A DNA stretch of 64,000 nucleotides from Eledone cirrhosa (GCA_964016885.1 OZ024742.1:246574001-246638000), one strand, 5' to 3'. Counted from the stretch's first letter, positions 41,365 to 58,336 are shown. A program made the numbers and translations. The notes: generated by a model not told the origin, from the sequence alone.

Positions 41365-41417
<53 letters not shown>

Positions 41418-41418
41418 A

Positions 41419-41457
<39 letters not shown>

Positions 41458-41544
41458 TATGTGTGTGTGCATATATATATATATATTATGTATGTGTGTG
41501 CATATATGTATATATGTATATATACATATATATGTGTATGTGCA

Positions 41545-41597
<53 letters not shown>

Positions 41598-41671
41598 GCA
41601 TACACACATATATATGTATATATACATATATATATATATGCACATACACAGACACACACACACATACACAG

Positions 41672-41706
<35 letters not shown>

Positions 41707-41840
41707 AATACAATATACTTGTTTAGTTTATTACAACGTCATTATAGCACCGTGTGCATTCTGTCTTTCTAACAAATTTAATTTCAAATCTGCGTGATGT
41801 TTGATAGGATTCTGATTAATAAACACACACACACACACAA

Positions 41841-41871
<31 letters not shown>

Positions 41872-42558
41872 CACACAAACACACATATACACACACAGAC
41901 TCACACATACACACACGACCACACACATACATACATAAGCAGACACACATACATACGTACAGACACACAAATACACACACATACACACACACACAAACAC
42001 ACACACACACACATACACAAACAAAGACATACACACATACACACCAAAACACACACAAACACACACCCATACACACACACAAACACACACACATACATAT
42101 ACACACGCAAACAAACATACACACAGGCACACACATATACACACACAAATGCACATACGCACACAAACACACACACACATGCACGCACATGAACACATAC
42201 ACATACGCACGATACACATGCAAAAACACATAAACACACACCCATACCCACACACAAACACGCACACACAAACACACACACATACATATAAACACACACA
42301 CTCATACACACACACACAGCCCCCCACACACAAAGACAAATACATAAACATTCACACAGAAACACACACACACACAAATACGCAAATATATAGACACACA
42401 TACACAATGACGTACCCACACATACAGACACAAATACAGGCAGATACACACACATATACACATCGATATATACAAATATACACACATATACAGACTCAGT
42501 AGATACTCACATATATACATGTATACATATATAGAGATACTCTTACACATGTACACAA

Positions 42559-42594
<36 letters not shown>

Positions 42595-42835
42595 GTATAT
42601 ACAGATTCATACACACATAGCGATGAATGCGGGAAAACATCACCAAAATCTCATGTAAAATCAAATAGCCACATATATGTATTCGTATACGTATTCACAT
42701 ATACATAAATATAGGCACGTACTCCACACACGCACAGACACACCCACACACACCACACACACCACACACACACCACACACACGCGCACAGACACACCACA
42801 CACACACGCACATACACAAACATACACATACACAC

Positions 42836-42872
<37 letters not shown>

Positions 42873-43007
42873 GATATATTAACAAATGGAAACTATATTT
42901 ATAAAACCATATCTATTTCATTATACATGTTTCAAGGACACCAAGTTAAATTATGGTGTGCTTTCATCAGATAAAATATAATATAGAGCAGTTTTATAAA
43001 TATATAT

Positions 43008-43385
<378 letters not shown>

Positions 43386-43452
43386 ATAATAAAAATTGTT
43401 TCTACTTTTGGCACAAGGCCAGCAATTATCCCAGTGTATTACTGGTATATAA

Positions 43453-43619
43453 TAATAATACAAGGACGAATGGTTACTCCTTCATTACGTTCATTGGTTG
43501 GTGACGCGCGTTTCGCTACTGAACAGCTCAAGGTTCGATCTGAATCGATTAGGCCGACTCTGGAATCAAAATCTCGTCGGACATCTGTGGTAGTGATGAC
43601 ATTCGTCCTTGTATTATTA
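43453..43619 (-). mobile_element. Mini-element with ~20-bp terminal inverted repeats and an HHR 3' half, flanked by inverted SINE pieces
   Basis: TAATAATACAAGGACGAATG/CATTCGTCCTTGTATTATTA; minus strand AGC-GAAA-CGCGCG-TC; second copy at 61819-61960. Confidence 0.65.
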
Positions 43620-43848
43620 CATTCCGTCGAGGTTAACTTTGCCTTTCATCCTAACGGGGGTCGATAAAATAAGTACCAGTAATACACTGGGATAATTGCT
43701 GGCTTTGTGCCTATTGTAGAAACAATTATTATATTACACTCTATCTAGCTCTGCACCTCGATACTGATGTGAACCTAAACATCGAGTGCTCACCCGGGTG
43801 AACCTACAGTAACTCCGCGTTACACACACACAAACACACACACACAAA

Positions 43849-43995
<147 letters not shown>

Positions 43996-44467
43996 GGTAT
44001 ATATATATATATATATAAATGCATACATGAAAGAAAAACGCAGGAGAGCAATACAATACAATGATAATATATAGTAGTTTAACGCTTGGTATAGTAGGAA
44101 CATAGTCCTAACGTTTCGGACATTAGGCCTTCATCGAAGATAGAATGAGAGGGTGAGGGTGGATGTTTGGGAGAGAGCAGAAAATATAGGAAGATAGAGG
44201 AGAGTAAGAAAAGAAGGAAAACGGGAAAAGAATTAGATAAGAGGAAATTTTGCGCATAGTTTGGCAGCCATCTTAAATGTATACATACACACACACCTAC
44301 ATACACGCATATTACGTTTACCACTGGTAAATGGCGATGTAGTTCTGTATAGCTAAGCACAGGCTCCCATACGATAGTTATGGCTGAGTACAGGATCGCA
44401 TACCTGAAGTGACCAGTAACAAATAATTTTTAAATAATAGTAATTAGAACTGCAATGAGAAAACACA

Positions 44468-44540
<73 letters not shown>

Positions 44541-44554
44541 ACACGCACTCACAC

Positions 44555-44585
<31 letters not shown>

Positions 44586-44638
44586 GAGACACACACACAC
44601 ACACACACACGCACTCACACACTACGCACTCACACACG

Positions 44639-44691
<53 letters not shown>

Positions 44692-45014
44692 CATTAATGA
44701 AAGCTTTTTCTCCGAGGGATGACAAAGGGAGAGAACTCAAGAACATTTTAATCAATCAAAATTTAATTTCAATGGTGTGGTTGTTGTTACAGCTCAGGCA
44801 TATAGTTTTTGAGAGCCTCCGACGAGATTGCATCTCAAAGTATCTTTGTCCCGTGTTTATACCAGCTCATACCCATGTAGGTTTCGAGGGCCTCATAAAA
44901 AGTTGTTGAATGTGTTTTAAAGATAGGTGTCTCAGTCATATCATGTAAAATCTCTCAGACTGCAGTCCCATGCAGACTTAAGCCGCCTACTGTGGCTTGG
45001 GCTCATTTGCCCTT

Positions 45015-45150
45015 TCAGCTGAGTGAACTGGAGCAACGTGACATCACTTGTCTTGCACGGTGCACGAGAACAACGCACCACCCGGTCCAGGAATAGAATC
45101 CATGACCTTGTGATCGTGAGTTCAACTCTCTATCCAATAAGTCATTCACG
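45015..45150 (-). mobile_element. tRNA-derived SINE family 2
   Basis: tRNA-like head followed by CACGTTGCTCCAGTTCACTCAGCTG; related copies at 46120-46370(+) and 56972-57070(+). Confidence 0.65.
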
Positions 45151-45897
45151 TGAGGATGCGGGATGAGCATAACATTTAAACAAAATAGTGACAACTCTGG
45201 AAATGTTTTAGTTTTCTTTGACCTCATCAGCTAAGCATAGTCAATTGTATGACGTCTAAGACATTAAAATCAAAAACAGAAGTAGTTGTTTAATGTATAA
45301 AGAATTTATAAGGCGTTTTAAAAATGGCGGTGGAAAAGTTCTCAAGGGATCCATCTGCATGATGTCTATATAATACAATTTACCATACATGAAGTAGTTA
45401 GTCGAAAATAAATTTTAATTAACTGAAAATTCAATCTTAATGAGTTAGTCATTAGCGTTAATTAAAATTAACGCTAACTGTTGACTCGCTGATTATGTAA
45501 ATTAATATAATGAGATTGTAAAATTTGTCAAGTGTACATTTTATTTTCAAAGTTGGGTGCTAATTTCTTTCGCTCATTACGTTATTTATGCTAACCCGAA
45601 CTTAACTATACATACTTCATGCAGAAGGCACACACAGGAAATGTTTTCAATATCATAGTTTTAAATATACCAAGTCAAAAGAAAATATGGCATTGTCATA
45701 ACTGGAAACAGGCTTGTTCATACGTCTGCTGCCGAGCCTTCTGGGTTGACCTGGGGTTAAACAACATTAGCTAAAACACAATCACAGAGTTACAAACCAA
45801 CGTAAAAGTAACTACGTGGTCACTTGGTCAGCTACGAAACAACAGCCAAATATTCCTCATTTTACACCCTAGCATTTTGAATAAAATACACATTGCA

Positions 45898-45954
<57 letters not shown>

Positions 45955-45961
45955 TCTCTCA

Positions 45962-46066
<105 letters not shown>

Positions 46067-46072
46067 AATATG

Positions 46073-46119
<47 letters not shown>

Positions 46120-46122
<3 letters not shown>

Positions 46123-46370
46123 CACATGACCTTGTGGTAAGGGTGTTGGACTTACGATCATAATGTTGTGGGTTCGATTCCTGTGCTGGGTTGCGTGTTG
46201 TATTCTTGAACATCACACTTCAACTCACGTTGCTTCAGTATACTCAGGTTTAACACTGTGATGGACTGGTTTTCTGTCCAGTGGGGAGTCTTGTATTCAC
46301 AGTCGCTTCCCGCCACGAAACTGGGATAAACACCGGCCTAACGAGCCTTCTGGCTTGAGATAGACTTTAG
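46120..46370 (+). mobile_element. tRNA-derived SINE family 2
   Basis: TGACCTTGTGGTAAGG A-box-like, GGTTCGATTCC B box. Confidence 0.65.
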
Positions 46371-46372
46371 CC

Positions 46373-46526
<154 letters not shown>

Positions 46527-47816
46527 TAAAATAACAGATTAAAGTTTAAGCAAAGAATCTCTGCTTAATTCCCGTTAAGGGTGAACGCATTGCTTAAACT
46601 TTAATCTGTTATTTTAATAAACATTTGCTTTACGGTTCTTATATATTTGATATATATTTATCCTTATCGAGCCCTCTTTGGATTTTAGTCTTCAAATTTA
46701 TTATTATTACTATATAATCCTTTATTATTACTATAATCCTTTATTATTACTATATTCATCCTTACGGGGTCGATAAAATAAAGAACCAGTAATACACTCG
46801 TTAATTGCTGGCCTTGTGCCAAAAGTAGAAACAATTATTACTATATATATATATATATATGTAGATAAATCTACCAAGAGTTTACGGTAGTGTCCAATCC
46901 GTATGAAGAACTCAATGTAATCCGGATATCATGGAAAGAAGAGATGCAATGAAAAATCACTTTCGGTGAAAGATAAACGGAATACAGAGTCAAGATAAAA
47001 TATTAAAAAAATAATGAATAAAACAATGAAACAGTTCCTTATATTAAACAAAAAAAGTTCACCATTTAACGATCGTTTCTAGGATACACATGTGTTAGAA
47101 TTGGCATGCATATTCAACAGATCTATGTACAAAATTATACAAAATTATACAAACTATCAAAATTAAATATACATACCAAACACATATATATGCCGTCTTC
47201 AGAAATAATGAAATATATTTATTGATAATAACAACAATTCAAAATTACAGGTCTGTTTGGGAGCAGAGTTCAAATTGACCAATGAAAATACAAAAAGTTT
47301 ATACAGTTAGGTGTGTGTATATATATGTAAGTAACTTCGTTCACAGATATGCATAAAGATATATGTTCACATGCATACGCATGCCAAAAAGATGTATGTA
47401 AATACAAAAATTCAAGGCTAATGTCTCTGTATGTTTATAATCTACAGATAAAATACGTATGCACATATAAATATAAAATAAATATATACACACATTCATA
47501 TACTCACACATATACGTACATTCACACACACACGCGCGTATACGCATAAACATACACACAACCACGAACATACATACACACATACACCCCCACACACATA
47601 TATATGTGTGTATATACTATTATCATAAGCATATGGACATTAATGCGCGCACATAAACACTGCCACACACATTTAGATCCAGATACAGAAAGTAAGTGGG
47701 GGGGGGGGGGTAGGAGGTCAGTATTCACCGGTGTCAACAGACTGCCTATTTATAAATGTATCTATAAACTTAGAAATAAAAAGAAAAGAAAAAGAAAAAA
47801 GAAATATATCAAGAAA

Positions 47817-47903
<87 letters not shown>

Positions 47904-48199
47904 CACATATATATAAACAAGTAAAATATATAATATACATCGATATACATACATATACATATATATATATATACATACACATATACACATACATGCATAT
48001 ACATACATATACATACACATATACACAAACACATACATACACATGCATATACATACACACACCATATAAATACACATACACACACGCATACATATAGAGA
48101 CACATACATATACACATATAAATACATAGACATATACCCACATATATATATATATACACATACACGCATACATATATATACATACATTCACAACACACG

Positions 48200-48312
<113 letters not shown>

Positions 48313-48376
48313 CTACACACATATATATAAATACACTCATGCATATACACACATACACATTCATACCCACACATAA

Positions 48377-48409
<33 letters not shown>

Positions 48410-48426
48410 TACATACACATATACAC

Positions 48427-48467
<41 letters not shown>

Positions 48468-48535
48468 TATATATATACACACACACATAAACATACACAT
48501 ATATAAAGATATATATACACACACACCCACATATA

Positions 48536-48578
<43 letters not shown>

Positions 48579-48877
48579 CACACACATACATACTCATACA
48601 TAGACATACATATATACACACACACACATACACACATACATATACGCATATATACACATACATACACATCCATGTATGCGTATATACATACAAAACAAAT
48701 ACCACCACACGCTCACACAACTCAGACATACATAGATAAAGGGATATACATACACGTATATACATATATAAATAGAGATACATATACATATATAAATATA
48801 TACACACATACACACACACACATACATATACATACATACATACATACATACATATACACACACATACACACACATAC

Positions 48878-48945
<68 letters not shown>

Positions 48946-49090
48946 CATATATATATACATATATATATATATACATATATATAAAAAAAATAAAGAAATA
49001 AGATAAATAAATAAATAAATAAATTAATACACACAGTCAGAAAAATATGCACACACATACATATACACATATATATACACATACACATAC

Positions 49091-49131
<41 letters not shown>

Positions 49132-49977
49132 CACACATACATACATATATATATATATACACACATACATACATCAACTACAAATATATATATATATATA
49201 TATAATACATATAATATATATATATATATATATACACACACTCACATATACATGCGCACATACGTACACATATACACATACACACATATACACATAGACA
49301 TATACATGTGCCTACATATACATACACACATATACCCACATAAATACATAGATACATATATATATATACACATATATATACACATATATATATATACACA
49401 CATATATACACACATATATATACATATATATATATATACACACAATCTTACACCCTTATTTACATGCGCACATATGTATTTTTATACTCACATACAAACA
49501 CCCAAACATACATACCTACCTACATATACATACATACATCCACGCTTACAAATACAAATAATAATAGTAGGGGGGTGGGAAAAGGGGGGGGGGGATTATA
49601 ATAAATATAGGTTTCAAGAAACATAGAATATTAATCTGCATTTAGATCATAATATGTGTTTACTTAGTTTCAGTATTAGGAAATGTAAGAAAGAAGGCAA
49701 AATTATGCATTTCAATATAAGTATACCATTAATTATAGGTTAACTAAACTAAAGATAGTTAATATATTGATTTATAAGGTGTATACTACTTAGGTTTATA
49801 ATATTTGAAGCGGAACTTTGAAGTTAAATAGTAGTAGAGTATTAATTATAGTATAACTAAATTAAAATTATTAACGTTATGGTATCAATATTAGGAAATG
49901 AATTTAGTAATAGGGAAAAACAAATAAAGTATTACATCGGTAGTAGAATATAAATTATAGGTTAACTAAATTAAAAT

Positions 49978-51516
49978 GAATACTGGACCAGAAACACATA
50001 TAGTAATCTATTTGATATTACTATGGGTTCAAGTGATTCCGCCCAAATTACTGATCTTGTGGGCCTCTTTCTCCTTTTCAACATAAATGCCTCCTTTCCC
50101 CACCTTAAAGGTGGTTTATATCGTGATGACTGTCTTCTTCTTTCCAACAACCTTAGCCTTTCAGAAATAGAAAAAAACAAAAAGCATATTAGAACTTTCC
50201 TTAAAGACTATTATAGTCTTCATATTACTTTTGAAAAAACAAGTAAAGTAGTAAATTTCCTAGATATAACTTTAGACTTAGCTACGGGTATCTACCAACC
50301 TTACCATAAACCCAACCAAAACTTACACTACATACACTCACAATCTAATCACCCTAAATCTATCCTTAAAAACCTTGCATATAATATATCACTTAGAATT
50401 TCTAACCTTTCTTCTAACCAAGATGTATTTGATAAAAATGCGACCTTCTATAACGAAGCTCTAGATAGAAGTGGCCACAAAAATAGATTAGAATATATAC
50501 CTTCTACTAAAAATACTATAAACATACAACCTAATATTACCAACAAACACCAAATGAAAAGTACACACCTAAATGCCACCCACACTATACCCCAAAATAC
50601 CAACTCTTCTAATATAAAGTATAGTAACCCTCAAAAAACTACTCATCATACAACTCTAATAAATGTTAATAATAAAACTCCTAATAAACAAGATAAAACA
50701 CCTAAATCTACAAATCTAACTAAAAATGTGCGTGGTGAGATCATTAACATTAATCCTCCTAGTAAACATCACGATACAACCTATAAAAATAATAAACAAC
50801 ATAGAAACCGTAATAGACGGGTTACTTGGTATAATGCTCCATTTAATTTACAAATTAAGGATAATATTGCTAAAAATTTTTTTTATATCCTAGAGAAAAA
50901 CTTCCCGCCAAACCACAAATACCATCAAATCTTAAATAGGTCTACAGTTAAATTCTCATACTCAACAACAAATAACATAAAACAAAATATAAGTGCCTAT
51001 AATACATATAAATGTAAGAATACCATAAGTATACCACCAATACATCAAACTAACCATAATATCTCCTCAAATACAGAATTAACGAAAGGTTGTAACTGTA
51101 GAAACAAAGCAAACTGCCCATTAAAAGGAAATTGTCTTGTTAACAACATAGTTTATAAATGTAATGTTAAAACTAAAGATTCTATTTGCTCATATATAGG
51201 AGCTACTTCTAACAATTTTAAGGCAAGGTCTAATACCCACAAACATAGTTTTTAAAATGCCGCACTGGCTAATACAACATCTCTAGCAGAAAAAATCAAT
51301 AGTTATAAAAATAAGAATATAGAATATGATTTGACCTGGAGTGTGCTCAAAAGAGCCACCCCTTATCAAAATAATAGAAATGAATGTAGATTATGTTCCC
51401 AAGAACTATTTGAAATAATGAAATCTAAGGATATCCTATTAAATAAACGACAGGAATTAATTATATCGTGTAATCATAAACTAAGAAAAACATTTAAATA
51501 TTATAAACCTAATTAA
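49978..51516 (+). pseudogene. 5'-truncated PLE RT/GIY-YIG ORF with one in-frame TAA (51253-51255)
   Basis: FDITMGSSDSAQITDLVG, GLYRDD, VNFLDITLDL, SNHP, CNCRNKANCPLKGNC, IVYKC...YIGATSNNFKAR..H, CRLCSQE, LNKRQE..C.H. Confidence 0.92.
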
Positions 51517-52007
51517 TAACATTATTTTAGAAATTAATATATAATTTAATTTAAATGTTAGTTAACCTATAAATTTAATTTAATTAAAATTCTACTACAG
51601 ATGAGATTATAAAATATTGCGTAATCATAAATTGTGAAAAACTTTTAAATATTAGTAATATATACTTCGTAAATTAATTTATAGATTAATTTTAATTTAT
51701 TTAACCTTTTATTTAAATTCCTTTACAGATAAAATATAGCAAAATATCGTGTATTCAATGACAGAGAAATAATTTTTAGTATTATAGACCTAATTAATGT
51801 ACATTTTTAGAAATATATTTATAATTTGGTTTTAAATTTGGTCAACCTAAAAATTTTATTTAATTGGCTTAAAATTAATATCCTAATACAGATGGATTGC
51901 AGAGTGTCATGTAATCATAGACTGAGATAGGTTTTGGATGTATACCTAGTTAATATATTCTTTGCAATTTTTGAAAAAATATGTATATGTATGTATATAT
52001 GTGTATG

Positions 52008-52038
<31 letters not shown>

Positions 52039-52956
52039 GTATATGTATATGTGTATGTATTAATTTTAATTTTAATTTTAATTTCTGTTTACCTATAATT
52101 ATATTCTACTATAGATAAAATACAATATCTATTTTAATTATTATAAACCTAATTAACATATACTATAGAAATTAATATATAATTTTTAATTTAGTTAACC
52201 TATAATTTATATTCTACTACCGATGTAATACTTTATTTGTTTTTCCCTATTACTAAATTCATTTCCTAATATTGATACCATAACGTTAATAATTTTAATT
52301 TAGTTATACTATAATTAATACTCTACTACTATTTAACTTCAAAGTTCCGCTTCAAATATTATAAACCTAAGTAGTATACACCTTATAAATCAATATATTA
52401 ACTATCTTTAGTTTAGTTAACCTATAATTAATGGTATACTTCTATTGAAATGCATAATTTTGCCTTCTTTCTTACATTTCCTAATACTGAAACTATGTAA
52501 ACACATATTATGATCTAAATGCAGATTAATATTCTATGTTTCTTGAAACCTATATTTATTATAATCCCCCCCCCCTTTTCCCACCCCCCTACTATTATTA
52601 TTTGTATTTGTAAGCGTGGATGTATGTATGTATATGTAGGTAGGTATGTATGTTTGGGTGTTTGTATGTGAGTATAAAAATACATATGTGCGCATGTAAA
52701 TAAGGGTGTATGATTGTGTGTATATATATATATATATGTATATATATGTGTGTATATATGTGTATATATATATATATATGTGTATATATATGTGTATATA
52801 TATATATGTATCTATGTATTTATGTGGGTATATGTGTGTATGTATATGTAGGCACATGTATATGTCTATGTGTATATGTGTGTATGTGTATATGTGTACG
52901 TATGTGCGCATGTATATGTGAGTGTTGGTATATATATATATATATATTATATGTAT

Positions 52957-52987
<31 letters not shown>

Positions 52988-53037
52988 AGTTGATGTATGT
53001 ATGTGTGTATATATATATATATATGTATGTATGTGTG

Positions 53038-53082
<45 letters not shown>

Positions 53083-53231
53083 GTATGTGTATGTGTATAT
53101 ATATGTGTATATGTATGTGTGTGCATATTTGTCTGACTGTGTGTATTAATTTATTTATTTATTTATTTATCTTATTTCTTTATTTTTTTTATATATATGT
53201 ATATATATATATGTATATATATATGTATATA

Positions 53232-53347
<116 letters not shown>

Positions 53348-53674
53348 GTATGTGTGTGTATGTGTGTGTATATGTATGTATGTATGTATATGTATGTGTG
53401 TTTGTGTGTGTATGTGTGTATATATTTATATATGTATATGTATCTCTATTTATATATGTATATACGTGTATGTATATCCCTTTATCTATGTATGTCTGAG
53501 TTGTGTGAGCGTGTGGTGGTGTTTGTTTTGTATGTATATACGCATACATGGATGTGTATGTATGTGTATATATGCGTATATGTATGTGTGTATGTGTGTG
53601 TGTGTATATATGTATGTCTATGTATGAGTATGTATGTGTGTGTATGTATGTGTGTATATATATGTATGTGTGTG

Positions 53675-53759
<85 letters not shown>

Positions 53760-53837
53760 TATATGTGGGTGTGTGTGTATATATATCTTTATATATGTGT
53801 ATGTGTATGTGTGTGTATGTGTGTGTGTATATATATA

Positions 53838-53868
<31 letters not shown>

Positions 53869-53982
53869 GTATATGTGTATATGTGTATGTATGTGTATAT
53901 GTGTATATATATATATATTTATGTGTGGGTATGTATGTGTATGTGTGTATATGCATGAGTGTATTTATATATATGTGTGTAG

Positions 53983-54039
<57 letters not shown>

Positions 54040-54351
54040 CGTGTGTTGTGAATGTATGTATATATATGTATGCGTGTATGTGTATATATATATATATATA
54101 TATGTGGGTATATGTCTATGTATTTATATGTGTATATGTATGTGTCTCTATATGTATGCGTGTGTGTATGTGTATGTGTATTTATATGGTGTGTGTATGT
54201 ATATGCATGTGTATGTATGTGTTTGTGTATATGTGTATGTATATGTATGTATATGCATGTATGTGTATATGTGTATGTATATACATATATATGTATATGT
54301 ATGTATATCGATGTATATTTTATATTTTACTTGTTTATATATATGTGTATG

Positions 54352-54418
<67 letters not shown>

Positions 54419-55024
54419 TTTCTTGATATATTTCTTTTTTCTTTTTCTTTTCTTTTTATTTCTAAGTTTATAGATACATTTATAAATAGGCAGTCTGTTG
54501 ACACCGGTGAATACTGACCTCCTCTCCCCCCCTCCCCCCCACTTACTTTCTGTATCTGGATCTAAATGTGTGTGGCAGTGTTTATGTGCGCGCATTAATG
54601 TCCATATGCTTATGATAATAGTATATACACACATATATATGTGTGTGGGGGTGTATGTGTGTATGTATGTTCGTGGTTGTGTGTATGTTTATGCGTATAC
54701 GCGTGTGTGTGTGTGAATGTACGTATATGTGTGAGTATATGAATGTGTGTATATATTTATTTTATATTTATATGTACATACGTATTTTATCTGTAGATTA
54801 TAAACATACAGAGACATTAGCCTTGAATTTTTGTATTTACATACATCTTTTGGCATGCGTATGCATGTGAACATATATCTTTATGCATATCTGTGAACGA
54901 AGTTACTTACATATATATACACACACCTAACTGTATAAACTTTTTGTATTTTCATTGGTCAATTTGAACTCTGCTCCCAAACAGACCTGTAATTTTGAAT
55001 TGTTGTTATTATCAATAAATATAT

Positions 55025-55179
55025 TTCATTATTTCTGAAGACGGCATATATATGTGTTTGGTATGTATATTTAATTTTGATAGTTTGTATAATTTTGTAT
55101 AATTTTGTACATAGATCTGTTGAATATGCATGCCAATTCTAACACATGTGTATCCTAGAAACGATCGTTAAATGGTGAA
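55025..55179 (+). ncRNA. Type I HHR with a ~116-nt stem II region
   Basis: TTCATTATTT-CTGAAGA-[GGCATATATATGTGTT...AACACATGTGTATCC]-GAAA-CGATCG-TT-AAATGGTGAA; the stem I 3' strand is AAATAATGAA in other copies, and both versions pair. Confidence 0.82.
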
Positions 55180-55233
55180 CTTTTTTTGTTTAATATAAGG
55201 AACTGTTTCATTGTTTTATTCATTATTTTTTTA

Positions 55234-55355
<122 letters not shown>

Positions 55356-55369
55356 CATATATATACACA

Positions 55370-55496
<127 letters not shown>

Positions 55497-55615
55497 GTAT
55501 ATATATATACATACATACATATATGTATGTATATGTGTATGTATGTATATATATATGTATGTATATGTATATATATGTATATATATATATATGTATGTAT
55601 ATATGTATATATGTA

Positions 55616-55648
<33 letters not shown>

Positions 55649-55665
55649 GTATGTATGCATATGTT

Positions 55666-56610
55666 ATCTCTTTCTCTTAATTTCGAGTATATTTCTTCCT
55701 GGTGGCAAGGTTTTAAAAGAAAAGAAATTGTCATCCCTTGAATCGCAAGAAATTTTGCAAATTTTGAAGGTGCCAGCTATCGCAGCCATTTGTAGACTAT
55801 GAATTAGGGAGCTGCGCTTTTTGTCCGCAAATCCAAGTTCAGTCATACTTTGGTCCAAGCGGATTGGTATATAACCCGTAGCCCCAATAATGATGGGTAT
55901 GAAGCTAAAGGTCTATCTTGGATACTGGATTTGTAAACTCCTCATCAATGGTCCGTAGATGTCCTCCTTCTCCTGTATTTTTCTGACAACGTTTACATCA
56001 AGTGGGCAGCTGATCTCCACAACAGAACACGTTTTCAATGTTTGGTCCCAAACAACAATATCAGGCCGGTTGTGCTTTAATTTGGTGGCAGTTTTTATTT
56101 TCAGGTTCCACCACTATTCTTTAGCGCCATCTGTCTCAATATATTCTCCCTCGTTTGTTGTTAATTTTGTTTTCCGAAGTACGTTCCAGATGGTTCTAGC
56201 TATCCCATCGTGTCTCATGGAGAGATAGTAGCGAGATGACATTCTTTCGCAGCTGGCAACAATGTTGCTTACATCCGCGATCTTTGTTTTACATGGCCTA
56301 CATTTATTGTCAGCTGCTGGCCCTCCTCTTTTGTGCAACAGATATTTGGTAGGGAGTTCTTGTTCCTGTATTGCATAGAGATATCCCTCAAGGTGTGATG
56401 TCATAAACTTGTCGGAACTCCATGCCGGGCTTTTTGAGTGGTTTATCCCCTCTATGGTCTGTGTTTTACGTCTCAAGTATCCATGCACAACTTTTTCTGT
56501 AAATTGGTCAATTTGTTATCTTGTTTGAACATTGAATAGGATCTTCCGATTTGTCTGGGTGAGAGATTTATATCAGGCTTTATTCCATATCTCTCCTCCA
56601 GATCAGTCGC
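55666..56610 (-). pseudogene. 5'-truncated R4/Dong family 1 fragment
   Basis: HGYL, EGYLYAIQEQELPTK, CRPC, RHD, NRPDI; same 3' end as 26366. Confidence 0.85.
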
Positions 56611-57248
56611 TATTCTAATGATATATGTATGTATATATGTATGTATATATGCATGTATGTATATATGTATGTATGTATATATGTATGTATATGTATATGT
56701 ATGTATATATATGTATGTATATCAATTGGAGTCTCTGCCCCCACGACCCTCTCTTGAATAAGTAGGGCGAATTTTACTTTAATTTCGGTCAAACAACTGG
56801 AACACGCATCGTCGAAACTGACAGATCCCCATTCCATTAACATGTTAAAACATAGGTATATAACATTTCTAGGTCACATGACAAGCCACGATCTATAGTC
56901 CGCCATGGATAGTTATGGCAGGTTTACGGCCGATGTGTGGTCTGGTGTCTGATGGCTTCTGCAGTTCATGAAGGGACGTGGTCAAATAGTTAGAGTGTTG
57001 GACTCATGATCATAAAGTCGTGGGTATGGTTTCCTGGACCTGTTGGTGTGTTGCGTTCTTCAGCAAAACAATTTGAATGGAAAGATCAGTTGACACACTG
57101 TTTCCTTGATCCAATCTCACGATCGGCGCCTTTACTTTTTTCTGCAATATCTGTCAAATAAGTTGGCAAGAATACATCTCGCTTGAGGATTAACTGTGTG
57201 AGTAAGGTGACCGATGCAGTGGGTGTCGCTGGCTGTTCTCCATGTCAT

Positions 57249-57290
<42 letters not shown>

Positions 57291-57453
57291 AAAGTCTTGA
57301 CGCTTTTCCTATTACCCACTCTACTACACTAAGTATTGTCGAGTACTCTGGTGCGTTATGATCCACCTGGTTCCTTACCATACTTTCTTTCTTTTATATA
57401 TATATATATACATACATACATACATACATACATACATACATACATACATACAT

Positions 57454-57492
<39 letters not shown>

Positions 57493-57579
57493 TGGCTAAA
57501 GTCTGTCTCAAGCCAGAAGGCTCGTTAGGCCGGTGCTTATCCCATATATATCTATATCTATCTATCTATATATATATAC

Positions 57580-57665
<86 letters not shown>

Positions 57666-57707
57666 ATGTATGTATGTATATATATATGTATGTATATATA
57701 TATATAT

Positions 57708-58133
57708 GAATGGCCATCCAAAATCACCGGGAGAGATGACCCCTTAGCCTTTGGGCAGAATTCTAGGAGAAGGAAAACTCTGATATAACACCTGCAACCC
57801 TGTCGGTATCCAATGATGTTGACTTGTTCTTCTTTTTGGTAAATATCATCTTGGTTAAGAGAGTGGGACTGGCTTTGTGCAGTGCCTTTTCTCACTATAA
57901 AAGCTTCACGGCACAGGCATTGCTTTATATCTGGAGATCTCTCTGCACTTGTCGTCACATGGTACCATGGGCCCAGCAATATGTGTCAATAATTGTCACA
58001 GGTGTAGTGTTTGTACCAGAGTTTTCAAGTCGCTGGCTGGACTAAAAAGTGACACGTGTTTAGCGCATCGGTAGGGATTCTCCTACATGGATATAAAGTA
58101 GTGGCCGTACTCGAAAACGAGTTGGCAGCCACC
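57708..58133 (+). mobile_element. Family E1, 5'-truncated
   Basis: Reverse complement of 5257-5685. Confidence 0.8.
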
Positions 58134-58231
58134 ATATATATATATATGTATGTATTCATGTATGTATATATATATATATATATATATGAAAAATGGCGTG
58201 CTGCGTGGTTGCACATGGGTTACATATGAAT

Positions 58232-58336
58232 AAAATTAGTCCTTCATCAGTGATCTTCCAGCCGTCATTGGTATTTATTCGCTTTAAAGATCATATACCT
58301 TTGGTTGGTGCGAGCAATAACTAAATAAAGTTATTG
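58232..58336 (-). ncRNA. Conserved pseudoknotted RNA motif with hammerhead-like core, copy 3
   Basis: TCGC/GCGA, CCAACC/GGCTGG, GGTA/TACC, TGATCTT/AAGATCA; TAAA in place of GAAA; CTGATGA intact; host element ~58188-58392 lies between (TA)n tracts. Confidence 0.6.

Noticed and set aside
41100-42900. Numerous long ORFs of YI/CV/HT repeats here and throughout the window
   Set aside because: Translations of (TA)n and (CA)n microsatellites, which lack stop codons; no coding evidence.
44103-44146. TCGATGAAGGCCTAATGTCCGAAACGTT on minus after a pyrimidine-rich tract
   Set aside because: Probably a decayed PLE-type HHR, but the core and stem I are broken and there is no second copy.
45205-45240. CTGATGA...GAAA on the minus strand
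   Set aside because: No stem II or III can be formed; probably chance.
51253-51255. Recoded stop (selenocysteine) in the family N ORF
   Set aside because: The codon is TAA, not TGA, and occurs in a single truncated copy.
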